64,000 bases of DNA, taken from NCBI GenBank assembly GCA_964016885.1, contig OZ024740.1, forward strand, positions 355,074,001 to 355,138,000. Direction: 5' to 3'. Source of the DNA: Eledone cirrhosa. Lineage: Eukaryota. The notes under the pieces are model-generated. The model did no database searches. It was not told the origin of the DNA and worked only from the letters and a program-made list of their open reading frames with translations. Made by a program: the position numbers and the translations under genes. Each line of letters opens with the position of its first letter. Position 1 is the first letter of the stretch. Below are positions 40,165-53,445 of this stretch, piece after piece.

Positions 40165-42679
40165 TAATCATGAAGAAATTATTATTATAAAGTATTGGTG
40201 GTATTGTTGAGTTCTTAAACTCTTAACATTCTGTAATGATTTAGTAGAAAATAACTAAATTAAACAGCTTTATTGGTTGAAATGTTTACAATAGATTTAT
40301 TGGTGGACAGATTGTTGTAAAAATTTGCAGACTTTAATTTTTAACTTGTGGCCCTGCATCCTATAGGTGACCATGTTAGTACCACAATGAAAAAGTACTC
40401 AGCCCACCCTGTCAGATGGTCATTTTGATGTCATGATAAAAAGCACACAGACGACACTGTAATGTCGTTGGCATTAGGAAGGGCATCCAACCATAGAAAC
40501 CTAGACAGAAACAGATTCATTTGAGCAAGACACTGTCATTTGACCTGACTTGTCTCACAATGTGACAACCTATCTAACCCATGCAAGATGTGGAAAATAG
40601 ATGTTAAACGGTGATGATAATGATGATGCAGTGTCATAGTGTTGATTTTCAATTTAAAAAAATGTCTTGCTAAAGTTGTTTCATGGGGTACAGGATGTTA
40701 AGAGTTAAATAGCCAAATGTAGGGTTAATTCTTTTGGTACCAAACTACTTGAAACTACCCCGGGTTTTATGATACAAAACCGTATTAATGTGTTTATTTT
40801 TATTTTAAAAAAAAAACCTTCCATCAAAAATGGATGTACTGCACCTGAGCACTGTACACAATAATTTTCATTATTATTATTATGTAAGAACTATTGTTAA
40901 GTTATGTTCCAAACATCAGCTTAATAATGAGAAAGTTAGTTATGTTACTAAATTCTTGATTATTTTCAAAACTATTTGAAAATCATAGGCAGTGTCTTTC
41001 ATTAGAAATATGATAATGGAATTGACCTTTTTGATACCAAATCACCCTGGCTTCTACAATACAGAATTGTTTGTATTAAAGTAGTTTATATTTATTTAAA
41101 ACCATTCCATCCAAAATTAAAACAAACAGGAGACACAGAGGAGCAAGAATAGTTATTGAGAAGATCACAGAATGTGAGACAAAAGAGTTTTATCAATTAA
41201 ACATTCCATCATAATTTCATGTAAGAACCTTTTGTTAAGCTGTGTTCCAAACACCAAATTAATATTGAGGAACTATATTACTAAATCTCTTTGAATTCTT
41301 GATTATTTTCAAAATTAGTTAAAAAATCATAGGCATTATCTTTTATTAGAAATATTGTAACAAAATAGTTAAGATGCTGGTGAATCCCTTAACCCTTTCA
41401 CAACCATACTTCTAATGAAATATCCTTTATTTCCATTAACTTCATGAAGAATTTTGAGAGATTTACTAAATAATAATTATTTCATTACTAACATAGTAAC
41501 TTAACATATCATTCTTGTATTAAATTATGTTGGAAGATTTCAATTTGAACAGGAACCCATTAAAATGGGAGGTTTTGTTTCATAGCACTAGAGCAAGTTT
41601 TGGTCAGGCTTTTATCAAAAGGGTTAATTAGTCTGGTGAGTCACTTAATTAGACTGTTGCACAAATAAAGATTTCATCATCATGTTGTATATCTAATGTG
41701 TCAGCCCATCTCTACTACAAGTCAACAAAGGTGCCTTTACATATGTAGTTGCTCAACCTGCTAGAAATAGCAGGCACTCCTTTCTCAAATCACACTCTAA
41801 TGTCTAAAAACACTGATTCAGGGGAAAATATAGTTTTAGATATTGTATGATAGCATAGAAGAAATATTTTTCCATCTGGGTGGCTTCTCTAGTTCTAGCC
41901 ACTCAACCATGAAGTAGTCATAAAACCGATTTTGCTGTATCAGACAAGGAAGCTGGAGCAGGTTTACAAACCTTGCTCCATTGCTGCAAAGCAGAAGATC
42001 AGACGCCATGCTTTGCAGCAAAGAGTTACGGTCCTTTATGATCTGAGTTCAAATCCCGCCGAGGTTAACTTTGCCTTTCATCCTTACGGGGTCAATAAAA
42101 TAAAGTACCAGTAATACACTGGGATAATTGCTGGCAGGGGGGGGGGGGGCTGAGAGTAAGGTTATGATTGGTTTATTAGGATTTAGTGAGTGGGGGTGAT
42201 TGTGGGTAAAGTTTATGACCCTGGATACAGTATGGGTGTTACAATGTGGTAACCTCTGGTAGTATGGGTGGTACTGCAATGGTTATACAAATATTTGAAG
42301 CCTCTATCATATAGATAGAGCAACCGTAGCAGAGGAAACACATGTGTATGTTTTAAGGTTGGTCTGTTCATGGAAGCAGTTCAAGTGTTTGCTGTTGTTA
42401 TTGTCAAATACACAGTTAATGTTGTGTGGTAAATGAACATATACATATATACCAGGTCTGAACACAAAGGAACCAATCTCCCACTGTCACTGCCTCCATT
42501 TCTGCTGCTCTCCCCTTCTTTTACTATTATGAGCAAAAAGGTAGCCAACTCTGTGTTGATGGTGGTGAGTAGGGAGGTGGTCCTAGGGCCAAAATGTATT
42601 GATTTGTAGTGTGGCATAGTTGCTTTAGATGTTTGTCTTTATTTAAGTCAAGAAATGAAATGATCATGCTTCAATGGCT

Positions 42680-43020
42680 GTGCGATGTTAATGTGTATGA
42701 ATGGACTGAAAGAGAGAAACTGAGTATAAGAAGAATCAAATCTAGTGTGCACGAGAGAAAGAAGACAGTGATGGTATGACCATGTGATGTGTATGGATGA
42801 TGATCTTTGAGTGAAGAAGTGCCAGGAGTTCCAAGTAGAAGGAAGCTGCAGTAGAGGAAGACCAAGGAAAACCTAGGCAGAAGTGGTGAGAGCAGATCTC
42901 AAAAACACTGAACCTTACAGAGAAGATGATGAAGGAATGCAATGAGTTGAGGGTAGCTGTGTTGGAAAAGACCCATCCAACCCATGGAAAAATGGATGTA
43001 AAAAAGATGATCATGATAAT
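42680..43020 (+). mobile_element. RTE LINE 3' remnant
   Basis: RGRPRKT-like motif; ends in TGATGA-like tail. Confidence 0.6.
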
Positions 43021-43110
43021 GGTGATCCTAATGAGAACTAGTGCCTATTTTTCATTTGCCAGACCTATCATAATTTTTTTTATAATTACCCTCTTTTTCT
43101 TTTTTTCCAG

Positions 43111-43225
43111 AAAGAACCAGTTATTAGCTGAATTCACTGGTAATTCAACCCCAGAAATTTGGCCTAAAGTTCGACAATATATATCAACTAAATATGAACC
43201 AGTACAAAAAACTGAATATAAGTAA
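43111..43225 (+). CDS. AK3: AK3 exon 5 (stop TAA); joined CDS 672 nt = 223 aa
   Basis: ccag|AAAGAAC...FTGNSTPEIWPKV...EYK*; AATAAA at 43753-43758 is a candidate polyA signal. Confidence 0.93.
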
Positions 43226-45945
43226 CCACCTATGAAAATAAGACTCTTGAAAGAGAAAAATTCTAAACGAACAAAAACGAATGAACATTTTTATTCTATA
43301 GAAAACTTTTTATTCTATAGAAAATTTATATACTTGCTCAAATTCTATTCCAATGCCACTTTTTAAATGGTTTATATTCCATTACTGAATTTTAAAATAA
43401 TTTTTTGAAAAGTTTATATTATGGATCCAAATACCTTTACTTTAACAAAGTAGACCTCATTCTGAACAATATATGATAGATTGTATAGTTTTTGTATAAC
43501 AATGCTTTTCATTGAAGAAAAAAAATATATATATGTCATATATCTTGCCAGACATTCAATTTTTGTATGTAATATATCTTTTGTTTTGTAGATGAAATTT
43601 AAACAAAACAGCTATATTTACTTTTAGAGTTCAAATGAAAATATTTTATTTTTTGGAGTATTATTCTGATTTACATCAACTATAATGAAGCATTATCATC
43701 ATAACGGGTCTTTTTATATCCTTTTGCTTGTCATTCTTGCAACATATCAGAAAATAAATATTCTATCTCTTGCAATGGAATTCGGTGAGGAGTTTCGTTA
43801 AAGCTAGTGTAACAGTGTCACATTTGGTTTCAATTCTTAATTTGATGGGAATTCATTTTGTTTAGGCTACCTATAAATATCTCTTTAAACCCCACTCTAC
43901 CTCCTAAATATTCTATGTATTTGTGAAAAGAAAAACTCTCCCTAGTAATAACAGGATTTCAAACAAAATAGTTCACTGTGTATATATTGTAGCATAGTGC
44001 CTTTGTGTCTATTTGCATACAATCTAAATATATTGTTATTAAAATTGTTGGTGGTAGGCATTGTATATAGTAAACATAGCCTTACAGTTATTCAGATTCA
44101 TAACCTAGTTTCTGTTCACTTATGTCACTAATGTGCTTGAGACAGGCATGAATGTCACACATTCTCATTGAACCTCTATATCTAAATCTTTGCATCAGGA
44201 CAAGAGATTGTCATTATTATTTTGGTGTTTTAGGGCGGTGGATTGGCAGTATTGTTAGAGGGTCGGACACCATGCTTTGCAGCATATGGCTCTTATGATC
44301 TGAGTTCAAATCCCGCTGAGGTTAACTTTGCTTTTCATCCTTACAGGGTCGATAAAATAAAGCACCAGTAATGCACTGGGGTAATTGCTGGCCTTTTGCC
44401 AACAAGTGGAAACAATTATTATTTTGGTGTATGTCATAGAACAAAAAGTAAAGTTTTTCGAAAGACAAAAACTAGATTTGGTTCTTGATTGATTTAAACT
44501 CACCTAACTGACCCTAGGAAAGGTATGAAATAACTTTATAATTTACCTGTTTTTCTAAAATATAGTATAAATTCAGCATTATTATTTTTATTATTGTGGT
44601 AAGGGTAATATGCCACTGGGATAAGGCTGCAGTGTGATTTTGATTTCTGGTTCAAGTAATTCCATTTTCTTTTTCCTTTTTCCTTTCATGCTGCATCATG
44701 TTTGATGGTCAGAAAACATACAATGAACAATACTTATGTGTTTATGCATGTGTGTGTGTGTATATCTACTATTGTTCATCAACATATTTTTCATGCACAG
44801 TGTTTCGATATCAAAGCATTATAACAAAACCTCTCCCAGGGACCACTGCATGGAGGTGACATTGGCTTGGTCTCCTAATTTCACTTTACTTGTGCCATTA
44901 GTGCCCTTCAGAAAAGTATGAACATCACAACATCTCATTGTATGCATCTCCAAAAATATAGGACATTTAGTAAAAAAAATAAATAATCAATATTCTTGAA
45001 AAATACTTTGCACAGGAATAAATTATTTATTCATATTATCTGTTATTTTTAATTTGTAGTTTGAATAGAATAGCTTCATATATTATCCCAGTATATAAGT
45101 CACCATTATTATTTATTTAAGGGCGGGGAATTGGCAGTATCGGTAGAGGGTTGGACGCCATGCTTTCTAGCATAGTTATGTCCCTTTACAGTCTGAGTTC
45201 AAATCCCGCCGAGGTTAACTTTGCCTTTCATCCTTACGGGGTCGATAAAATAAAGTACCAGTAATGTACTGGATAATTGCTGGTCTTGTGCCTAAACTAG
45301 AAACAATTATTATTTATTTAAGGGCAGTTGTTTGGCAATATCGGTAGAGCATCGAACACCATGATTTGCAGCATAGAGTTATGGCCCTTTATATCCTCAA
45401 TTCAAATCCCGTTAAGGTTAACTTTGACTTTCATAATGGCATGGGTTGGATGAGTTGTTATAGTTCTTAACTGGAGTTACTGCCTTTCTAGACAGGTTAG
45501 AGGGGAACATGTTACTTGTACTTTCCATTTTTGGTTTCTATTATTGGATGCCTTCATTAAAAGCTTCCTAGTACCAACCACTTTACAGAATGTACAGGGT
45601 ATGTTTATATTGTGGCAACAGCACTAGGAAGGTTATCAATCCTTCAACATGACTAAAATGTCCTCTCCACCACATGGTGTTTGTTCGATTGCCAATCATG
45701 GTGTACTGGGTGTGTTTTTTATGGCGCCATCACTATAGAGGTTGCCTTGCACCCTGCAAGGCTAATGAGTACTCTTCACTCCATTATAACCCTTCTTTCA
45801 AGGCAAATGTGCTATGAATATCATGGGGGAAAGAGAACGATAGTTTGTGATGATATTGAATATAGACAAGTGATAGATAACAAATATGGGTAATATCTAG
45901 TGATATTGGTCAATGTCAATTTACCAATCTCACTATCCATGGGGC

Positions 45946-45979
<34 letters not shown>

Positions 45980-46926
45980 TGATGGTTAGTGGTAGAGGGT
46001 GATGGAGCTTAATATGGATAGATCTGATGCCAAGCGTCATTTGGATGCCATGCTTTGACACAGAGTTATGGCCCTTGCCATTCTGAGTTCAAATCCTGCC
46101 GAGGTTAACTTTCCCTTTCATCCTTACGGGGGTCGATAAAATAAAGTACCAGTAATCATCATCATCATCATCATCATCGTTTTACGTCCGCTTTTCCCTG
46201 CTTGCAAGGGTGGGACGGGAACTGATTCTGGCTTGATTTCTACAGCTGGATGCCCTTCCTAACACCAACCTCATTTACAGTGAGTGCTGGGTGCTTTTTT
46301 GCCGACCACTTTACAGTGGAATGATAGGGACCCCAGTCTCTATCATCTCATTTCTACAGCTGAGTAAACTGGAGCAATGTGAAATAAAGTGTCTTGCTCA
46401 AGGAAACAACACATCACCCGGTCTGGGAATTGAACTCACAACCTTTCGATTGCAAGGTCAATGCTCTAACCACTAAGCCATGTGCAGTAATGCACTGAGT
46501 AATTGCTGGCCTTGTGCCAAAAGTAGAAACAATTATTTAGGCACTGTGTTAAGTATAATAGTAGAGGGTTGAGTATGAGAGAGCGGTAGAATCTAGAAAT
46601 GTCCAATAGGATTTATCGGAGAATTCAATTTCCAATGTAAGGGATCTAATATTAGACACCCTGCATAAATGAAAACATTGTTAAATTCTAAGGTCCAATT
46701 TACCACAGTGCTATCACGGTGAAACACGTGTCAATTATATAATAAATGTTAGTCCTTTAACTGTGAAGTTGTCATATTCATGTTTCTTATGACATATATA
46801 AACACTCCTGGAATTACCTTCATTGTACCCACGGTTAACCACCACGGGAACACTGATAAACGATTCACTTGTCAAGTCAAAAAACATTGCATGTTGACAT
46901 AGTCAACAAAAAATCTGATCACTACT

Positions 46927-47046
<120 letters not shown>

Positions 47047-49319
47047 AACACGCACAGAGAAATGACATAATAATGTATATCTGAAAGTTCCAAAATGGAA
47101 TATTTTAATCATTTATAATTTGATTATAAATGATATTTTTTGAAAATTTCGGCACCACCTTTAACACACTCTTACCATTCCCTTTCTACAGTGTGACCAA
47201 AGTTTTAAGAAGTCATTTTAGTTCGGTGTGTGTGAGCATTATTAACCCTTTCGTCAGAAGACTATCACCTTACTCGTACTCTAAAGATCTTCCTGAGTCA
47301 ATTCCATTGACCATACAACTTTCCCTGCAAATTATTCACAATGTGTTTAAAGAAAAAATTATGTTGTTCAGGAAGGCTTGCAGTTGTCAAAGGGATGTAT
47401 TGGACTTATAGGCCTCTTGGTCATGTGATTATATTTTGTTGTAGGCATTTGACAAGGCTCTGTATTGTATATTCCAGGATTTCATTCACCTCCAATTATT
47501 TTTGTTATAAATATGCTTTTTTGAGATATTTAACAGTTTTTAAACACACACACGTTTTATTATTGCAGTTATAAAAACAAAACAAACAAAAAAATAATTG
47601 ATAAAATTATATATCTATCCATCTACACAGTAATCCATCCATGCAGCTACACATCCATCCACCCATCATCCATACATTTAACTTTCCATTTGTAAAACTG
47701 CAGTTGGGACATTGAAGTAAAATTAAGTAAATTTTTATTTTATTTGTTCTTCCCACTTATAATTTTACAAAGCTCTGTGTAATTAATTATTTATTTATTT
47801 AATTAATTCATCAAGCAAAACTGGTAAAGGATGGGCATCTTATATATATGTGTTTATACTTATGTATGTATGTATATATAAAGAAAGAGATTGAAGTTTC
47901 AATTCAACATATTTTATTTCTAATCACATGTAACACACACTTCACAAATTATCAACTCTTAGCTTTAATCGGATACAATGGTGATCAGAATCAGAATATG
48001 ATCATCTCTGAAGATGAGATGAACATATTCCGATTCTAATCTCCATTGTGTCTGTTGAGTAAATTGATCCTCGAGTCAAGTTGATTGTAACTGATTTAAG
48101 CTCTAAGTTGGTTAACAGATGTTGATATTAATCCACACTTTTTAACGGTGAATATCCAGTTCCCATAAAAGGATTGAGTGTTGAAACAGGTACCATCTGT
48201 AGTAATTTGTATTACTCACCAACTATATATATATATAGTTCAAGGAGACACAAACAGTTTTATTTGTTTCACGCTTTATATTGGAAAGAGGAAAGAAAGT
48301 TCAATGTGTCGGGCTTAAGCCCTTCTTCAGGAGTACAAAATAGAGACAGGATCACAAAAGAGAAATAGAAAAAAAAAAGGTCCTAGGAAAGATTAAAAAA
48401 TTGAAAATGATGAGTGAAAACAAGACAGCCATTAGTCTTGGATCCATTGTGTCCTAACAAAAAACAATCAGGAACTCTGAATAAAGTTTTATTTTCGAAT
48501 TTTCTGAACTGTTCATTTTATTGAAATGTTTGTTAACTCTTAATGTCCAGTACCATATTAGAAAAACATTATTGGTAAATACAGAACAGTACTATGATTG
48601 CATCACATTAAAAATGAAGGTCTATACTTCAGTTTACTGCAAATTCTCACCACAATCTATTTACTAGTATAAACACATGAATGACAAACCAGTTTTTAAA
48701 TATTTTTTACTAAATCATTACAGGAAGTTAAGAGTTAATTTATTTTATATGTTCAATTAACTGATTACTATTGAATGAATAACGCTTGTCTTCTGATAAC
48801 ATTTCATCTATGAAACTCAGCATCCTGAACTTTGATGTTGAGTTCTTCATTCAGGCTTATATTCCTTTTTTTTTTCCAGTCCACTTCCATTTCTTTTCTG
48901 ACAAAGGACTAACATCTGATAAGCTGAAAACATTTCTGTTTTCCATTTCAAACAGTCATGAACCTAATAACACTTTTTTGTAATCATCCTCCATGTTTGT
49001 TTTCATTGTTGGACCTTACACAATATATATGTGTATACATACACACATATTCATACATACACACACACACACATATTCATACATACACACACACATATAT
49101 ATATAATGTGTGGTGAATGTATATATCATCACCATCATCATCATTTAACGTGCATTTTCCACACTAGCATGGGTTAGACAGGTTATCCCATTAGAGGCAA
49201 GATGGGTCAGATGACCATGTCTTGCTCATACAGGACTGTAAATAGATATATATGAGAATAGACTAGTGTAATTAATATGAAGCACTGCATGATATGTAGT
49301 AAAAAATAAACAACAACAT

Positions 49320-49640
49320 TTTTTTTAAAAGCCGGTACAATGCAGTAAAAAAATATGAAAGGCAAATGACAAATAAAACAAAAAACAAAGTAATGTATTT
49401 TAGCATGATATTTCAGGGCTATTACCCTACTTTCAGATGTAAAGCTGAAGTAATTATCACTTATTTGTTTTGTCTTGGACTGTTTCAGCTTCACATCTGA
49501 AAAGAGGGTAATAGCCCCAGAATATCAGGCTAAAAATACACTGGGTTAAACATTACCTTTTTTTATTTTTTTATTTTATTTTCTTTGTCATCATTTGCCC
49601 TTTGTATTTTTCTACTGCATTGTACCGGCTTTAAAAAATA
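49320..49640. mobile_element. Foldback MITE (long imperfect inverted repeat)
   Basis: AAAGCCGGTACAATGCAGTA / TACTGCATTGTACCGGCTTT outer arms and GGGCTATTACCCT / AGGGTAATAGCCC inner arms. Confidence 0.75.
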
Positions 49641-49689
49641 TTTATCAGTCTTTTACTACATTATATATATATATATATATATATGATGG

Positions 49690-50090
49690 CTGCAAACTTG
49701 TGTTTGAGCATTGCCATCACCTGATAAAATGCTAAAAAATGTGAGGCACGAATGTGGCTCTTTAAAACATCCAAAGACTTACACCCTCTGGGACATAAAT
49801 GGCAACTGTAGGCTCCCCCAGGACTTTCCATTGCTTTGTTCTGGCTGTGTGTTCTCATGTGTCTTTTGAGACCTCCCATGCTAGCACATTCCTTGCCACA
49901 TTCCTTACACCTTTTCAGATCATAATCTACATGAGATCTACTGATATGACTTTGTTCATGTCTAGTCAAACCAGCTTTACTCAAGCAGTTCAGAACAGTC
50001 TCCTTTCCTTACCTTCCTTTTCAGTGTAAGGTGTTCTCTCTGAGTTTCAAAGTGTTCACTACCTGACGTCTCCACTTCACTCGCAACATG
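49690..50090 (-). mobile_element. LINE 3' fragment with C2H2 zinc fingers
   Basis: CKECGKEC.SMGGLKRHMRTH and CHLCPRGCKS...LKSHIR; no splice context. Confidence 0.6.
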
Positions 50091-50219
50091 TAATCTTTAA
50101 ATATATATATATGTATGGATGTAAATATAATGTATTTTGCAATACACTTTATGCTTAATTAAAAGCATTTTGAAGACCGTAAGCTATTGTTTTAAAGTAG
50201 TGACAAATTCACTCACTTC

Positions 50220-50313
50220 GATCTCAGCAAACAGGAGGAGATAAGCCGACATGACATGTTTCGCTTTTGTTGAAGCTTATCAAGGCCAACTACCCCGCCC
50301 GTCCGCTGAGATC
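50220..50313 (-). ncRNA. Hammerhead ribozyme, U3:A8 core (UUGAUAA)
   Basis: Reverse complement of 50750-50843. Confidence 0.75.
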
Positions 50314-50749
50314 AATGATGTTATATTCTTATAGAAATCTAGTAAATAATCAGGAGCTGATTATGCAGAGCGGTTGTTGGTCAGGCAGAAATTAAAAATT
50401 AGAATTGTAGCTCTGAAATAGCAATATATATATGGATGTAAATATAATGTATTTTGCAATACACTTTATGCTTAATTAAAAGCATTTTGAAGACCGTAAG
50501 CTATTGTTTTAAAGTAGTGACAAATTCACTCACTTCGATCTCAGCAAACAGGAGGAGATAAGCCGACATGACATGTTTCGCTTTTGTTGAAGCATAAAGT
50601 GTATTGCAAAATACATTATATTTACATCCATATATATATTGCTATTTCAGAGCTACAATTCTAATTTTTAATTTCTGCCTGACCAACAACCGCTCTGCAT
50701 AATCAGCTCCTGATTATTTACTAGATTTCTATAAGAATATAACATCATT

Positions 50750-50843
50750 GATCTCAGCGGACGGGCGGGGTAGTTGGCCTTGATAAGCTTCAACAAAAGC
50801 GAAACATGTCATGTCGGCTTATCTCCTCCTGTTTGCTGAGATC
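50750..50843 (+). ncRNA. Hammerhead ribozyme, U3:A8 core (UUGAUAA); predicted cleavage after C50815
   Basis: GATCTCAGCGGACGGG..GGCC TTGATAA GCTT-CAACAA-AAGC GAAA CAT-GTC-ATG TC^GGCT..CCTGTTTGCTGAGATC. Confidence 0.78.
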
Positions 50844-51066
50844 GAAGTGAGTGAATTTGTCACTACTTTAAAACAATAGCTTACGGTCTTCAAAATGCTT
50901 TTAATTAAGCATAAAGTGTATTGCAAAATACATTATATTTACATCCATATATATATTGCTATTTCAGAGCTACAATTCTAATTTTTAATTTCTGCCTGAC
51001 CAACAACCGCTCTGCATAATCAGCTCCTGATTATTTACTAGATTTCTATAAGAATATAACATCATT

Positions 51067-51160
51067 GATCTCAGCGGATGGGCGGGGTAGTTGGCCTTGA
51101 TAAGCTTCAACAAAAGCGAAACATGTCATGTCGGCTTATCTCCTCCCGTTTGCTGAGATC
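51067..51160 (+). ncRNA. Hammerhead ribozyme, next tandem copy; predicted cleavage after 51132
   Basis: Same motif with two structure-neutral substitutions in stem I. Confidence 0.78.
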
Positions 51161-52024
51161 GAAGTGAGTGAATTTGTCACTACTTTAAAACAATAGCTTA
51201 CGGTCTTCAAAATGCTTTTAATTAAGCATAAAGTGTATTGCAAAATACATTATATTTACATCCATATATATATTGCTATTTCAGAGCTACAATTCTAATA
51301 TATATGTATGTATATATATAGTAATAATAATAAATGTGAAGAATAAAATCCGAAGAGGGCTCGATAGGGATAATATATATATAAAACCATAGAGCCAATA
51401 TTTATTAAAATAACAGATTAAAGTTTAAGAAAAGAATCGCTGCTTTCACCCTTAATGGGATCTTTAGAAAATCCCGTTAAGGGTGAAAGCAGTGATTTTA
51501 ATAAATGTGTATATACACACACACACACACACACCATACTTGACCTCTTTTTCTTGGTCTCCTAAATCACACACGCACACATTGTGTTGTTGAACCTCAA
51601 TCAGTTCCGATGATGAGTGATCCAGTCTTTTGAACAATGGAATAGTCTGTTCAATAAATTAACTTGCAAGGGACTAAACATTCCACAAACGTGTGTACCC
51701 TTAATGCAGTTCTCAGGGAGATTTGGCATGGCACAATAAATGACGTTTCACTCTCTTTGAATTACTGATACATCTCATTTTTGCCAGCTGTGTGAAGAGG
51801 AATAACACAAAATAGAATGTATTGCTTAAAGACACAACACCCCATTGGAAATCAAATTTATTAAAATTGTGTATTCATATGATATTTCAGTGTTTCTCTA
51901 TAGCTGTATATGTTCACATTTACTGTTACACTCCAGCATCAGTAATACTTTGAAGGATATGGTTAGGATTGTATATATTATCTTGCTATATTCTCTTTTG
52001 ATTGGATTGTATAGGAGAACCTCA

Positions 52025-52106
52025 TGTAGAATGACTTTTCGGCTTTCCTGATGATTTTTTTAAAAATGAAACAGTTCTAGTTCTAGTCCTGTAGAAGCCA
52101 TTTCTA
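52025..52106 (+). ncRNA. Type I hammerhead-like motif
   Basis: GGCTTTC CTGATGA T-rich/A-rich stem II GAAA CAG-loop-CTG TA^GAAGCC; weak stem II. Confidence 0.55.
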
Positions 52107-53321
52107 TATTAAACTTTATATATATATCATCATCACCGTTTTACGGTCATTCTTCCATGCTAGCATAGGTTAGACAGGTATGCCAGGTCAGGTAACCATG
52201 TCTTGCTCATACATAATGGATTTTAGCTTGATTTCTACAGCTGGATGCCCTTCCTAACACCAGTCTCATTTACAGTGAGTAATTGGTGCTTTTTACCATG
52301 GTGCCTACACAACCACTTTATAGTATGGACTGGGTGCTTTTTTTGTTGTGACACCTACATGACCACTTTATATTAGGGAGGGTGGTGGGCGCATACTGTC
52401 TATATGCTTTGGCTTCGTCTTGTACCCGCGGGAAGTCGGGTCTTCTGTATTAACCATAAAAGGCTAAGGAAATTTAAAGCTCAATATGGTTTTATAGTCC
52501 ACAACAAGATAGGTAATAAATAGTCCAGAACTTAATCCAATGGATAAAATTACAATTAAAGTATTGTTTAACACAGCATACATATAAGAACGAAAGTTTA
52601 GATAAGGATTATTATTATTAAAGCATTTAATGGATTTACGAACGTTTCATTAGACTAACAAGAAAGAATAGTCATTCCTGCAAGAATAACTCATCATCAT
52701 CATCGTTTAACGTCCATCTTCCACGCTAGCATGGGTTAGACGGGAGTTGTCTCACTTGAGGCAAGGTTGGTTGTCTTGCTCGTATAGGACTGTCTGGCGG
52801 GTTTTCTACGGCTGGATGCCTTTCCTAACACCAACCACGTTTACAGTGTGGACTGGGAGGTTTTTACCGTGTTACCTACACGGCCACATTACAGCGTGGA
52901 CTGTGTGTTTTTTTGTCGTGACACCTACACGACCTCATTTATTTTGGACTGGATGTTGTGGTACCAACATAACTTTACATCGAAAGGGGTGGTGTGGATG
53001 GGGTGGAGGTAGTGGAACGGGGGTGTATTTTTGTTAAGAGGTGCCTACTGACTGTAGGTTTCGCTTTGTACTTAGGCAAGGCGGGTCTTCTGTATTACTG
53101 TGTAGCACCAAAGATCTCGGTCCAGTGACATTGTCTTGGAGAGGTGTAAGTGTGTGAGGTCGGAATTTATCAAGTCATCCCAGGTTTTTCTGGGTCTGCC
53201 TACTCCGTGGCTACCGTCTATTTTTATCGCCCTGCACTTTTTTGCACTCATCAGAATTAATCAAATACAGAATAAAATCCTTACGTGTTTTGACTTTAAA
53301 ACATGTAATATATCTATTTGA

Positions 53322-53405
53322 ACTTAAATGATTCTGAAGAGTTATTCTTGCAGGAATGACTATTCATTTTTGTAGGTCTAACGAAACGTTCTTACATGCA
53401 TTAAA
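53322..53405 (+). ncRNA. Hammerhead-like motif (degenerate), with inverted partial partner at 52625-52692
   Basis: CTGAAGA GTTA..TAAC GAAA CGTTC(G/T)TA; partner retains GAAACGTTCGTA^AATCCATTAAA. Confidence 0.55.
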
Positions 53406-53409
53406 CTTT

Positions 53410-53445
<36 letters not shown>

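Larger units (their letters stand above)
50111..51299. repeat. 317-bp tandem repeat with hammerhead (non-LTR retrozyme-like): about 1.5 units on minus, then about 2.2 units on plus
   Basis: ATAAAGTGTA recurs at 50594, 50911 and 51228; 50111-50593 is the reverse complement. Confidence 0.95.

Noticed and set aside
45121-45215. tRNA gene
   Set aside because: A/B boxes belong to the multi-copy SINE head; no complete cloverleaf
49661-49984. C2H2 zinc-finger gene
   Set aside because: No exon structure or TGEKP linkers; resembles the C-terminal fingers of a LINE ORF
50111-51299. CRISPR-like or satellite interpretation of the tandem array
   Set aside because: Units are near-identical over their whole length with no unique spacers; eukaryotic context; the hammerhead fold explains the internal structure
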